Below the pieces are notes generated by a model that did not search any database, was not told the origin of the DNA, and was given only the letters and a program-made list of their open reading frames with translations. Positions 49,507-59,457 of a stretch of DNA of 64,000 nucleotides are shown here, piece after piece. Every line of letters starts with the position of its first letter. Within the stretch, counting starts at the first letter, position 1. The position numbers were made by a program, and so were the translations under genes. Source of the DNA: an uncultured Acidobacteriota bacterium (GTDB lineage Bacteria > Acidobacteriota > JAQAZP01); assembly GCA_963836075.1 (NCBI GenBank), contig CAWIIB010000009.1, positions 1,600,001 through 1,664,000 of the forward strand, read 5' to 3'.

Positions 49507-51509
49507 CACTCCACCTCCTCTCCGGCGAGGCCGGCCAGGTGTGCGGCCAGGGCCCTCCGTTCTTCGTCGGTCCCCTCAAAGGGGAACATCTCGTCGCTGA
49601 TATCCTCGAGCATGCCAATGAGCTCGTAGAGGTCCTCCTCGCTGCTGCCCTGCACCAGCTCGTCCAGGGCCATGTCGCTGTCCGGCTCGTGGCAGATGGC
49701 GCAGTTCTCCTCGAAGACGGTGGCGCCGTCGGGTCCTGCGGCCGTCTCTTCGGCGCCGGACAGGAACCGGGCCAGAACTCGACGTTCCTCGTCGGTCCCC
49801 TCAAAGGGGAACATCTCGTCGCTGATATCCTCGAGCATGCCGATGAGCTCGTAGAGGTCCTCCTCGCTGCTGCCCTGCACCAGCCCGTCCAGGGCCATGT
49901 CGCTGTCCGGCTCGTGGCAGATGGCGCAGTTCTCCTCGAAGACAGTGGCGCCGTCAGGTCCCGACATGTCCGGCCCCGGCGCCTCCACGCCGGCCTGCGG
50001 GTCGCCGCCCAGACGGGCAAGGTAGACGGCCAGGGCCCGCTTCTCGGCGGCGGTGCCGGTGAACGGCGGCATGCGGAAGCCCCGCCGGGTTTTCAACCGC
50101 AGATGGGGGTCGTCCCAGGCCGTCGAGTTGCCCTCGGCATCCACCGGCAGGGCCAGGGTGCCCAGCACGTTCTCCAGTCCGGTGGCCGATTTGTCCTGGA
50201 CCAGCGGCCGCACCGCCAGGTAGCCGTCCACGGTGTGGCAGTTCCAGCAGAGCTGGCGGAAGAGAAGTTCGCCGGCCGCGGCCTGCGCCTCGGCCCTCTC
50301 CTCGGGGGTGAGCCCGGTATCCGGTCCGGTGAGCGGATCAAACCCTTCCGGAGCGCCGTTCCACAGCGAGGCGTTGAGCACGCCGGTCTCGTTCAACGCG
50401 GGGAGGGAATAGCGGTCGACGGAGAACTGCTCCATCCCCGCGGGGGCTCCCGGCGCCCCCCGGGCAGCGGGCAGCCGCACACTGTTGACGAACATGTAGC
50501 GGCCGATGACATACGGTTTTCTCAGGTCCTCGCGCACCCACTCGCCGCCGGCAAAGGCCAGCTGGCCCAGGATCAACAGGCCCACGGCGCTGGACAGCCC
50601 GTAACCCGCCGGGCGGAGAACAGCGATGAAGAGCAGGACCAGCGCGGCCCCGGCCGAAGCGGCGAGACAGACCGCCGCTCCGTTCTGCAGGATCGGATAC
50701 CCCGATCCGCTGCCGCCGGTGAAGATCGAGGCGATGATCGCCCCCACGCCGTCACCGTCGGCGCCGAAAATTCTGCCCGCCGGAATGCCGGCCTTGATGG
50801 CGTTGTTCAGATACCAGACCAGGGACAGCGGGATGGCCGCCACCATGGGCAGCACCCACTTGAGGCCGGCCCAGTGGGCCATCTTTTTCTTGAACTCCAG
50901 ATCGCGGGACCGGGCATTGGTCAGCAGGGCGTACATTCCGGCCAGGCCGAAAGCGACAAAGGTCCGGGCTGCCAGCGAGGGCCAGTAGGTGGGGTTGAGC
51001 AGACCGTCGAGGAAGCCGCGACTGGTGACCCACTGGCCCGGCGTCAACTGGAAGGAGATGATGCCGTTGATGATCACCATGCTGATCCAGGCGGAGATGA
51101 AGTAGATCCAGCCCACCGCCTCGTGGGTCTTTGCTTCCAGCCGGTCCCAGCCGTAGTAGTAGACCATGGCCGCCGCCACTTCCACCAGAAAGAAGGTCCA
51201 CTCCATGGCCCAGGCCCAGACGAAGGTGTTGATCAGCGCCGCGGTTCCCGAGGGGTGCACCAGGCCGATGGCGAACCAGATGCCAACGCCGGTGATGGCC
51301 CCCAGCACCAGGGTGACCAGCATGAAGAAACGGGTGTGGCGCTTGGTGTAGTCGAGCAATGCGGCATCGCCGGTTTTTCTGGCCTTGCGCTCGGCGAGCA
51401 CCAGAAACAGGCCGCCGCCCACGGCGAAGTGGGAAATGAAGACGTGGAATACCGAGATGAAGGCGATAATCAACCCTGATGCGGGCTGATCCCAGATGGG
51501 GTAGTTCAT
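49506..51509 (-). CDS. Cytochrome bd subunit I-like protein fused to three c-type heme domains
   Basis: HVFISHFAVGGG, GAITGVGIW, EWxFFxxE, EWVRExxRKPY; CWNCH and two CAICH motifs. Confidence 0.85.
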   Translation of the reverse strand: MNYPIWDQPASGLIIAFISVFHVFISHFAVGGGLFLVLAERKARKTGDAALLDYTKRHTRFFMLVTLVLGAITGVGIWFAIGLVHPSGTAALINTFVWAWAMEWTFFLVEVAAAMVYYYGWDRLEAKTHEAVGWIYFISAWISMVIINGIISFQLTPGQWVTSRGFLDGLLNPTYWPSLAARTFVAFGLAGMYALLTNARSRDLEFKKKMAHWAGLKWVLPMVAAIPLSLVWYLNNAIKAGIPAGRIFGADGDGVGAIIASIFTGGSGSGYPILQNGAAVCLAASAGAALVLLFIAVLRPAGYGLSSAVGLLILGQLAFAGGEWVREDLRKPYVIGRYMFVNSVRLPAARGAPGAPAGMEQFSVDRYSLPALNETGVLNASLWNGAPEGFDPLTGPDTGLTPEERAEAQAAAGELLFRQLCWNCHTVDGYLAVRPLVQDKSATGLENVLGTLALPVDAEGNSTAWDDPHLRLKTRRGFRMPPFTGTAAEKRALAVYLARLGGDPQAGVEAPGPDMSGPDGATVFEENCAICHEPDSDMALDGLVQGSSEEDLYELIGMLEDISDEMFPFEGTDEERRVLARFLSGAEETAAGPDGATVFEENCAICHEPDSDMALDELVQGSSEEDLYELIGMLEDISDEMFPFEGTDEERRALAAHLAGLAGEEVE
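49554..49961 (-). repeat. Intragenic tandem duplication, 225-nt period
   Basis: 49554-49736 and 49779-49961 near-identical; 60 of 61 aa identical. Confidence 0.95.
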
Positions 51510-51626
51510 GCCGTGACCTCCTCGGTGGTTGCACTCTATTTCATTTCCTTGAATATATCCTCATTATGTCGGGTTCGTCCAGCAACACCCTGTTGACCCT
51601 CGCCTGGTCCCGATCTATTATTGAGA

Positions 51627-51653
51627 GTGTTACGTTTTTATTATTTGTAATAT
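51627..51653 (+). promoter_or_regulatory. Putative NikR operator
   Basis: GTGTTAC-N13-GTAATAT, equivalent to TGTTA-N15-TAATA, upstream of the nickel uptake operon. Confidence 0.75.
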
Positions 51654-51671
51654 GGATCGAGAGGCGGATCA

Positions 51672-52202
51672 ATGAGCAAACACCTGCCCGCAGCGGTTCC
51701 CGTTCTGATCGTCCTGACCACACTGCTGTTGTCATCCCTGCCCGCGGCGGCACACCACGTGCATCACGAGGTGGCCCGGGGGGAGGCGGTGGTGGTGACC
51801 CTGACTTATGGTGACGGATCGCCATTGGCCGGCGATCGCTACGACATCCTTGCCCACGGCGAGGAAAAGGCATTCCAGACCGGGACCACCGATGCTGCGG
51901 GACGCATCGTATTCATGCCAGACAGTGTGGGCACCTGGAGGGTGCGGGTCTTTTCCGAGGACGGGCACGGGGCAGATTTCACCTTCGAAACCGGCCCGGT
52001 TACTGCAGCGGCGGAGGAGCAGGCGGATCGATCCGCTGACGTGGCCGAGTTGAACGAGGCGCCGGTCAACACGTTGACCCCGGAAGTTGTGGAGGTGGAG
52101 AAAAAGCGGCTGGTCGAGCGTTTCGCCGGCCCGGCCCTCGGCGTGGGGATCATCCTCGCCCTCTTCGGCGTCTTTGCCCTCTTTGTCCGCAGCCGGCGGT
52201 GA
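51672..52202 (+). CDS. Nickel/cobalt ECF accessory protein (NikL/CbiL-like)
   Basis: Signal peptide then HHVHH; GxTDxxG, DGHG; C-terminal TM helix. Confidence 0.7.
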   Translation: MSKHLPAAVPVLIVLTTLLLSSLPAAAHHVHHEVARGEAVVVTLTYGDGSPLAGDRYDILAHGEEKAFQTGTTDAAGRIVFMPDSVGTWRVRVFSEDGHGADFTFETGPVTAAAEEQADRSADVAELNEAPVNTLTPEVVEVEKKRLVERFAGPALGVGIILALFGVFALFVRSRR

Positions 52203-52228
52203 TTGCCGGCCACAGGAGAACGATCCCC

Positions 52229-52876
52229 GTGCACATCCCCGACGGCTTTATTTCACCAAAGATGTACCTGCCGCTCTACGCGGTGTCGGCGGGGGCGTGG
52301 GCCTGGGGTCTGAAGCGGATGCGCCGCAGCCTTGATGAAAAGACCATCCCCTGGCTGGCGGTGCTGGCCGCGCTCAGTTTCGTGCTGATGATGGTGGCCG
52401 TGCCCTTTCCCGGCGGCACCTCGGTGCACGCCACCGGCATCTGCCTCCTGGCGGTGATCTTCGGTGTCTGGGCCGCCTTCCTCTCCGTCTCCCTGGTCTT
52501 GCTGATCCAGGCCCTGCTCTTCGGCACCGGCGGGATCACCTCCCTGCCGCTCAACGCCCTGGCCCTGGGACTGGCCGGCGGCGCCGCCGCCAGTTGGACC
52601 TTTCGCTCGCTGCGGCGGTGGAACGAGACGGCGGCCCTGGCATCTGCGGCCTGGCTCTCGGTGATGGTCCCGGCGCTGCTGGTGGCCCTGGCCCTCGGCC
52701 TGCAGCCGCTGATCGCCAGTGCGGCGGACGGCACTCCGCTCTTTTTCCCCTTCGGTTTCTCGGTGACCCTGCCGGCGGTGCTGCTGCCCCACGCCATCCT
52801 CGGGGTGGGGGAAGGGCTGCTCACCGTGCTGGTCTACCGCCTGGTGGGCCGCCTCAAACAGGTGGCGATGCCATGA
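52229..52876 (+). CDS. nikM: ECF Ni/Co substrate component NikM/CbiM
   Basis: GTG start giving N-terminal MHIPDG; GTSVH; AGGAG RBS. Confidence 0.9.
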   Translation: MHIPDGFISPKMYLPLYAVSAGAWAWGLKRMRRSLDEKTIPWLAVLAALSFVLMMVAVPFPGGTSVHATGICLLAVIFGVWAAFLSVSLVLLIQALLFGTGGITSLPLNALALGLAGGAAASWTFRSLRRWNETAALASAAWLSVMVPALLVALALGLQPLIASAADGTPLFFPFGFSVTLPAVLLPHAILGVGEGLLTVLVYRLVGRLKQVAMP

Positions 52877-53424
52877 AAGACCGCTTGATGCTGCTGGCCT
52901 ATCTCGCGGCGGTGCTGCTGGCCACCTCCATACACCGGCCGCTCTACCTTGCCGCAGGCCTCGTGGTGGCCGCGCTCCTTGCCGGCCGGCGCCTGCCCCG
53001 GATCTTGGGGCGGGCCGCACTGGCCATTCTCTTCTTCAACAGCGTGGTCACCGCCTCTTACGTGGCCCTCTCTCTCTGGCAGGGCACTTTTTCCGGCCAC
53101 TACGTGCTGCTGGTCAACCTGCGGGTCTTCCTGCTCACCGTGCTCACCTTTCTGCTGGCCGAGCGCTTCAACCCGTTCCGGGCCTTCGCCTTCTCCAGCT
53201 CGCTGCTCTACCTCACCACCCTCTGCTACAGCCAGGTGCTGACCCTGCGGCGGCTCTTCGGCGAGTTCCGCCATGCCTTTCGCAGCCGCAGCATCGTCCG
53301 TCCCGGTCTGCGCGACCTCTACCGCCACGGCGCGGCCACCGCGGCTTTCTTCCTGCACAAGTCGGTGAGTGATGCCGGGGAGATCGCCCAGGCCATGAGC
53401 TCCCGGGGGTTTTTCAATGATTGA
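52873..53424 (+). CDS. nikQ: ECF transmembrane component NikQ/CbiQ-like
   Basis: TM helices, RSR and AMxSRGF motifs; operon position. Confidence 0.8.
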   Translation: MKDRLMLLAYLAAVLLATSIHRPLYLAAGLVVAALLAGRRLPRILGRAALAILFFNSVVTASYVALSLWQGTFSGHYVLLVNLRVFLLTVLTFLLAERFNPFRAFAFSSSLLYLTTLCYSQVLTLRRLFGEFRHAFRSRSIVRPGLRDLYRHGAATAAFFLHKSVSDAGEIAQAMSSRGFFND

Positions 53425-54191
53425 GCTGGACCGGCTGGGACACGATTTCGGGAAGCGGACCGTACCTGGAGGAGATTTCCTTCACCATCTCCCCCGGTGA
53501 AAAGGTGGTGCTGCTGGGAGTCAACGGCAGCGGCAAGTCCACCCTGCTGAAAATTCTCAACGGGCTGATTTTCCCGGCCCGCGGATGCTGGCGCTACAAG
53601 GGCCGCGAGATCACCTCCCGGGCGATGAAGGACCGGGCGTTCAGCCGCTCCTTCCGCCGTGAAGCGGTGCTGCTCTTCCAGAGCCCGGAAGCGATGATTT
53701 TCAATCCCACCGTCTTTGACGAGATCGCCTTTGGACCCCGCCAGCTGGGGCTGGAGGACGTGGACGACCGGGTGCGGCACTGGGCCGGCCAGGTGGGGAT
53801 GGAGAAGTTCCTTGACCGGCCGCCCTTCGAACTGAGCGGCGGCGAGAAACAGAAGGTCTGCCTGGCGGCGCTGCTGGTGCTGGAGCCGGAACTGCTGCTC
53901 CTCGACGAGCCCACCGCCAACCTCGACCCGCGGAGCACCGGCTGGCTGGTGGATTTCCTCCAGGACCTCCAGGTCACCACCCTGGTCACCACCCACAACC
54001 TGAGTCTGGGCGCGGAGCTGGGCGAGCGGACGCTGGTCCTTTCCGAAGACCACCGGCTGATCTATGACGGGAGGATCGACGAGCTGCTGGCCGACCGGGA
54101 GAAGTTGATCCAGGCCAATCTGGTGCACAGCCACCGCCACAAGCACGAGGGGGTGGAGCACCGGCACTACCACGTGCACCAGTGGAAGTGA
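53417..54191 (+). CDS. nikO: ECF ATPase NikO/CbiO; +1 frameshift near 53465
   Basis: ATG 53417 gives MIELDRLGHDFGKRTV joining LEEISF after removing one C; GVNGSGKST, LSGGEK, DEPT; His-rich C-terminus. Confidence 0.88.
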
Positions 54192-54198
54192 GAAGGCG

Positions 54199-55287
54199 AT
54201 GAGGTATTTTTTCATTCTCATTCCCATCGGGATCTTTTTCCTGATGCACCTTTTCGTCGGCTGGCGAATGTGCAGTCTCTTCGAGCAGGCCTTCAGGTGG
54301 AAACCGCTGCTGCTATGGTTCTCGGCCATGCTGCTCAACGTGGTGCTGGTGATGACCATCACCATGCGCGGCGGCTGGAACCCCCTGGTCCGCATCTGGC
54401 GTGTGGCCACCGAGACCTACCTCGGGCTGCTCTTCATCCTTTTCTCGGCGCTCCTCTTCTGGGGCCTGGTCCAGTGGGCCGCGGGGTTCTGGCGTCCGAT
54501 CCCGGCCCCGGTCAGCCGCTGGGTAGTTCTGGGTGCCACTGTGATTTACGTCTGTGCCGCCCTGGCCAATGCCATGACCGTGCGGGTTAAAACCGTGGAA
54601 CTGACCTCGCCCAAACTCACCGCCCCGCTGACCCTGGTCCAGATGAGCGACCTGCACCTGGGGCCGGTGCACGGCGCCGGGTATGTCCGCCGGCTGGTGC
54701 AGCTGACCAACTCGGTCAGCCCCGACCTGGTGCTGGTCACCGGCGACCTGCTGGAGCGGGGGATCCAGCCCGGGACCCTGGGGGGATTCCACGACCTGCG
54801 GGCCCCGGCGTTCATGGTCTGGGGCAACCACGACAAGTTTTTCCCCCGCCGCCAGGCCCTGGAGCTGATTGCCGAGACGCCCTTCACCCTGCTGGAGGAT
54901 GACGTGCTGCTGCTGGAGAACGGTGTGCAGCTGGTGGGCCTGGATTATCCCGGGTTCGGCGGGGAGCGGGCCCAGGGTGATGTGCTGGGCCGGCTGCCCA
55001 TGCGCGAGGGTTTGTTCACCCTCCTGCTCTCCCACGCGCCGATGGACTTCCCGCACTGGGCGGACACCCCGGTGGACCTCCAGCTGGCGGGGCACACACA
55101 CTCGGGGCAGATTGTCCCCTTCAACCTGGTGGTCCGGATGCGCTACCAGCTGCTCTCCGGCCTCTACCGCGAGGGTGGCAAGACGACCTATGTCTCGCCA
55201 GGCACCGGGACCTGGGGGCCGCCCCTCAGACTGGGGACCCGCAACGAAGTGACCTGCATCAAACTGCTGCCGGAAGGGAACCAGTGA
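54199..55287 (+). CDS. Membrane-anchored metallophosphoesterase (YkuE-like)
   Basis: SDLH, GD, GNHD, SH, GHTH motifs after N-terminal TM helices. Confidence 0.9.
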   Translation: MRYFFILIPIGIFFLMHLFVGWRMCSLFEQAFRWKPLLLWFSAMLLNVVLVMTITMRGGWNPLVRIWRVATETYLGLLFILFSALLFWGLVQWAAGFWRPIPAPVSRWVVLGATVIYVCAALANAMTVRVKTVELTSPKLTAPLTLVQMSDLHLGPVHGAGYVRRLVQLTNSVSPDLVLVTGDLLERGIQPGTLGGFHDLRAPAFMVWGNHDKFFPRRQALELIAETPFTLLEDDVLLLENGVQLVGLDYPGFGGERAQGDVLGRLPMREGLFTLLLSHAPMDFPHWADTPVDLQLAGHTHSGQIVPFNLVVRMRYQLLSGLYREGGKTTYVSPGTGTWGPPLRLGTRNEVTCIKLLPEGNQ

Positions 55288-55709
55288 TGAGCACCAACGA
55301 CCCCGCCATCCGCTTCAGTGTCTCGCTGCCCAACAAACTCCTCGCCGAGCTGGACCGCCGGGTGGTGCACCGGGGCTACGCCTCGCGTTCGGAACTGGTC
55401 CGCGACCTGATCCGGGAGAAGATCGTGGAAGAGAAGTGGGAGGACGTGGGCGAGGACGTGGTGGGGGTGCTGGTGATCGTCTTCGACCACCACCAGAAGG
55501 ACCTGGCGGAAAAGGTGATCCATGCCCAGCACCGGCGTCAGGTGAACATCCTCTGCTCGACCCACGTGCACATGGACCACCACAACTGCCTGGAGACGAT
55601 CATCATCAAGGGCCGCCCGCCGGAGATCGAGAAGATCGCCATCGAGATCGGCGGTCTGCGCGGCGTCCGCTTTGCCCGGCTGACCAGGGCATCATGCATG
55701 GAGATGTAA
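55287..55709 (+). CDS. nikR: Nickel-responsive regulator NikR
   Basis: RFSVSL ribbon, SRSExxRDLIR, DHH, HVHxDHHNCLE. Confidence 0.95.
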   Translation: MSTNDPAIRFSVSLPNKLLAELDRRVVHRGYASRSELVRDLIREKIVEEKWEDVGEDVVGVLVIVFDHHQKDLAEKVIHAQHRRQVNILCSTHVHMDHHNCLETIIIKGRPPEIEKIAIEIGGLRGVRFARLTRASCMEM

Positions 55710-56681
55710 AAACCTCGCCGCCACTCTTTCCGACCAGTAGAGCCCTTCCCGGTTGAACTCCACAAAGCCCACGTGGCCGCCCGTCTCGGGTTTCAGCAGG
55801 GTCACCAGCGGGTTGGCCGCCGCCTCCTGCTCCGGGTAACATGGCGCGGAGAGGAACGGGTCGTTGACCGCATTGACGATCAGGGTGGGAACACCAATCC
55901 GCGGGATGTGGGGTTTGCAGCTGCACCGCGCCCAGTAGTCCCCGGCATCCCGGAAGCCGTGCAGCGGTGCGGTGTAGCGGTCGTCAAAATCCCGGAAGTC
56001 CTTTATCCGGCCATATCCCTTGTCGTCGATCCGGTGGGGGAACTGCTCCATCTTCCAGCGCACCTTTTTGTGCAGGTCGACGAGGAAGCGTTTCATGTAG
56101 ATCGCGTTGGAGCGCCGGGCCATCCGTCCGGCGGCGGCCTTCAGGTCGCAGGGCACCGAGAAGACCACGGCCCCCTTGACCAACGGGTCGATCCGCTGCG
56201 CCTGCCGGCCGAGGTGCAGCAGGGTGAGGTTGCCGCCGAGGCTGAAGCCCACCAGGGCCGCCTGCTCGTAGCGGCCCCCGCGCCCGGCGTGGTCGATCAC
56301 CCGCTGCAGGTCGTCGGTGGCCCCGTTGTGGTAGAGGCGGAAGATGCGGTTCGGTTCGCCGCTGCAGGAGCGCTGGTTCCAGGCCAGCACGTCCCAGCCG
56401 GCGCGGTTCAGCGCCCGGGCCATGCCGATGATGTAGGCCCGGTGCGTGTGCCCCTCCAGGCCGTGGGAGAGGATGGCCACCCGCCGGCAGCCACTGCCCG
56501 TTTCCGACCAGTCGAGGTCGAGGAAATCGCCGTCATCGGTTTCCAGCCGTTCCCGGCGGTAGAATCCCGGGTCGAGGCGCCGGAACAGGGTGGGGTAGAT
56601 CGTCTGCAGGTGGCCGTTGGTCAGCAGGAGCGGCGGCCGGTATGGCGGATCTTCCAGCGGTGTGGTTTCAGCGGGAGCCAT
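55692..56681 (-). CDS. YheT-family alpha/beta hydrolase
   Basis: NGHLQT, HGLEG, GFSLGGN, DPF, GGHVGF. Confidence 0.9.
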   Translation of the reverse strand: MAPAETTPLEDPPYRPPLLLTNGHLQTIYPTLFRRLDPGFYRRERLETDDGDFLDLDWSETGSGCRRVAILSHGLEGHTHRAYIIGMARALNRAGWDVLAWNQRSCSGEPNRIFRLYHNGATDDLQRVIDHAGRGGRYEQAALVGFSLGGNLTLLHLGRQAQRIDPLVKGAVVFSVPCDLKAAAGRMARRSNAIYMKRFLVDLHKKVRWKMEQFPHRIDDKGYGRIKDFRDFDDRYTAPLHGFRDAGDYWARCSCKPHIPRIGVPTLIVNAVNDPFLSAPCYPEQEAAANPLVTLLKPETGGHVGFVEFNREGLYWSERVAARFLHLHA

Positions 56682-56762
56682 GGTACCCCGATCGTTGGAT
56701 GAATATGCCGTGTCCCGGACATTTATACAACGATCGGGTCTCACAGGGAACCGCGGGCCGGT

Positions 56763-58139
56763 TCAGCGGTCTGTCTGGCTGCCCATCCCTCCCGGAGCCC
56801 GCACTTTGGCCGACACCGGGCCGTGGAGGGTGCTGTGGCCCGCCAGGTTGACGTCCTCGAGCTTGTAGAAGTAGGTCCGCCCGGAGACCACCCGGTCATC
56901 GCTGAAGTCGTACAGCGCCCCCCAGCTCCCTCCGCCCCGGGTGGGGATCAGTTCCTTGTTGATCTTTTTGTACTGGCCTTCCTTGGTCTCACTGCGCCAG
57001 AGGTTGAATCCGGCACAGTCCATCTCGGCGGCCGTCTCCCACTCCAGGCGCACCTGGTCGGCCCCGCCCTTGGCGGTGAAGGAGGTCAGCTCCACCAGGG
57101 TGGCCACCTCCAGGCGGACGATGGTGACCGCATAGTGGGTCATGCCGCTGTAATCGCCGGCCCAGGTCATGGTGTGGGTGTTGTAGTCCCAGGTGTCGTT
57201 GATATACATCAGCTGGCCGCTGGTGTCGTCATAGCCGATTCCCGCCATGGTGTGGCCGGTGACATGGATCATCACCGGCCGGCCGGCATCGATTTCGGCC
57301 ATATACTGGGCCCAGGTAAATCCCTGGGTGTTGCCGTTGTAGCCGTAGATATACTGGTTGAACATCGAGTCCACGGTGTAACCCCTCGACTCGTAGAACA
57401 GCTTCAGGCCATACCCACCGTCATACAGGTAGGTGCTGCCGCTCTCCATCTGGGCCGCGGTAAGTGGGGCGCCGTCGGGGTAGTTGTAGAAGACGGTGCC
57501 GCCGTCCACGTTGAAACCCTGGGAGGAGAACCACTTGTTGGTCTTCATGTAGTCGCCGGTGCAGTCACCGGCGGTGTGTTCAGCCCAGTTCCCGTCATAG
57601 GGGTCGGGCCCCGTCTCGTTGTAATATTTCCAGTAGTCGTCCACGTGGCCGTTGGTGGACCGGCCGTCCAGACCGTTGTGCGTGGCGCTCAGCGGGCACT
57701 GGAACCGTGTGTCGCCGTTGGTGTCGATCCAGGCCGGCCAGACACTGTTGTCCATCGGCATCACTCCACCGTTGGTGGGGCCGGTGTAGATGTCGGGATG
57801 GGAGACCCGGTCGTAGTAGGCGGCGATCATCGCCGCGGTGGTGGCCGAGCAACCAAAGGACCAGCTGTACGCCGGGACCGGGATGGTGACCAGGGCGCGG
57901 TCGGCACTCGACTGGGGAAGCTCAACCGTTGGCCGGCGGGCGCCGGCCGGCGGTTCGGGTGGGCCGTTGATTACCGAACGGTCGAGGCTCGCCGGTCCGT
58001 CATTGACCACCGTTTCCAGGGTGAACCAGCGGGCGATGTCCGCTCCATGATCGCTGTTCGGGCCGGCGAAGGCGGTCGGGCAAAACGGCACCACCAGCAG
58101 AAGAAAAGTGATCGTTTGCCTGACATATCTGCTGTTCAT
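56763..58139 (-). CDS. Secreted papain-fold cysteine peptidase (C39/C10-like) with a C-terminal Ig-like module
   Basis: Signal peptide; GCSATTAAM, EIDAGRPV, GHxxxGIGY, NDTW; LVELTSF...WETxxE...GFNLWRS tail. Confidence 0.7.
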   Translation of the reverse strand: MNSRYVRQTITFLLLVVPFCPTAFAGPNSDHGADIARWFTLETVVNDGPASLDRSVINGPPEPPAGARRPTVELPQSSADRALVTIPVPAYSWSFGCSATTAAMIAAYYDRVSHPDIYTGPTNGGVMPMDNSVWPAWIDTNGDTRFQCPLSATHNGLDGRSTNGHVDDYWKYYNETGPDPYDGNWAEHTAGDCTGDYMKTNKWFSSQGFNVDGGTVFYNYPDGAPLTAAQMESGSTYLYDGGYGLKLFYESRGYTVDSMFNQYIYGYNGNTQGFTWAQYMAEIDAGRPVMIHVTGHTMAGIGYDDTSGQLMYINDTWDYNTHTMTWAGDYSGMTHYAVTIVRLEVATLVELTSFTAKGGADQVRLEWETAAEMDCAGFNLWRSETKEGQYKKINKELIPTRGGGSWGALYDFSDDRVVSGRTYFYKLEDVNLAGHSTLHGPVSAKVRAPGGMGSQTDR

Positions 58140-58310
58140 TTGATTTTCCTCTCGTCGCATCAGTGCAGAGTGCATTTACCCTCTCATGAATATTTATCGA
58201 CAGCTTTGGTATGAGAGTTGAGTTATTGACTGGTTTGAGCGGGTATTGGAGGCCGTCAGGCCGGTGGGGGTGAAAGGGTTGATCAGCGGAAGACGAGTTG
58301 GGGTGGATCG

Positions 58311-59456
58311 TCACACCGGCGGCCGGTTGCCCTGGCCGTAACCGGTCAGTTCCACATAACCACGCCCGATGGGTGGGGCGTCCGGGGCGGCCCCGGCCGG
58401 GTGCACGGTCACCGCGCCTTCCCAGTAGGCCAGGCCCGAGCGGCGGCTGACATTTTCCTGGTTCGGAATGATCGGGTTGATGGTCAGGCGCAGGGCGCCA
58501 GCCCCAACCGGGTCCTCAAGCTCCAGTTCCCAGCCCGAAGGGTAGGAGATGCCGGTCTCCGGGCTCTCCCAGCTGTCGGTCACCTTCAGTTTCCAGTCAG
58601 TTTCCATGCTGAGGTAGAGCGGCTCTCCCGTTGCCGGAACCACCGTCCCGCGGCCGAAGACCGGCCGGCCATCGCGGTTGCGCAGCTGGTAGAGCATCAG
58701 CTCGCGGCCGTCGTCCAGCTGGATCGAGAACCAGTCCCAGCCCGCCTGCTGGCCGGTCAGCTCGTTGCTGAAGAACTCGCGGTCCATCCAGCTGGTGCCG
58801 CTGACCTCCACTGGTCCGCCGCCGGCGGTGATGCTGCCGGTGGTCTCCATCCGGGTAAAGCTGTAGTAGTAGCTGGCCGCGCCGGGTTCACCCCCCTTGC
58901 GACTCACGCCGCCCGGCCCCTGGAAGACCAGCGGTTTTTCCGGTGTAACGAGAAGGTGCAGTGCCATCTGCTGGCGGCGGTCCTCCATCCTGATCCGAAA
59001 GCCTGCGCCGTCGATGATCAACGACCATTGGGTCGAGGTCCCGGCGGGACCGATAGCGGATGCGATCCGCGCCTCGCCGGGTCTGCCGAAGCCGCCGAAG
59101 AGTGGCGAGTCACGCCAGAGCAGCTCGCTGAACCAGTGCTTCCCGCCGGCCGCGTCGGTGATCGAGGCGTGGCCCATGATCAGGCTGCCCGCGGCCCATG
59201 CCGAATCCAGAACCGGCCTCGACCGCAGCAGGCCCACCCGGAAGAAGGTGAACTGGAAGCCGAAGCGCCGGCCGGGGTCGTCAGCCGCCTCCAGCTGGCC
59301 GGTGACATACCACCACTCGGTCTTGTACTCCGGATGGGACCAGTGGTCGGCGGGGAAGGACCAGCTGTAGCCGGGGGACACCGGAGCCCAGTTGTCTGCC
59401 GCCGCGGCCGCGGAGAGCAGCAGGAGGATCAACAGGCAGGTGAAGCGTGCGCGCAT
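58311..59456 (-). CDS. AttH/CrtC-like lipocalin-domain protein
   Basis: FPADH, EWWY, QFTFFR, SYYYS, WMDRE, WDWF, YWEG, GYVELTGY. Confidence 0.88.
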   Translation of the reverse strand: MRARFTCLLILLLLSAAAAADNWAPVSPGYSWSFPADHWSHPEYKTEWWYVTGQLEAADDPGRRFGFQFTFFRVGLLRSRPVLDSAWAAGSLIMGHASITDAAGGKHWFSELLWRDSPLFGGFGRPGEARIASAIGPAGTSTQWSLIIDGAGFRIRMEDRRQQMALHLLVTPEKPLVFQGPGGVSRKGGEPGAASYYYSFTRMETTGSITAGGGPVEVSGTSWMDREFFSNELTGQQAGWDWFSIQLDDGRELMLYQLRNRDGRPVFGRGTVVPATGEPLYLSMETDWKLKVTDSWESPETGISYPSGWELELEDPVGAGALRLTINPIIPNQENVSRRSGLAYWEGAVTVHPAGAAPDAPPIGRGYVELTGYGQGNRPPV

Positions 59457-59457
59457 G

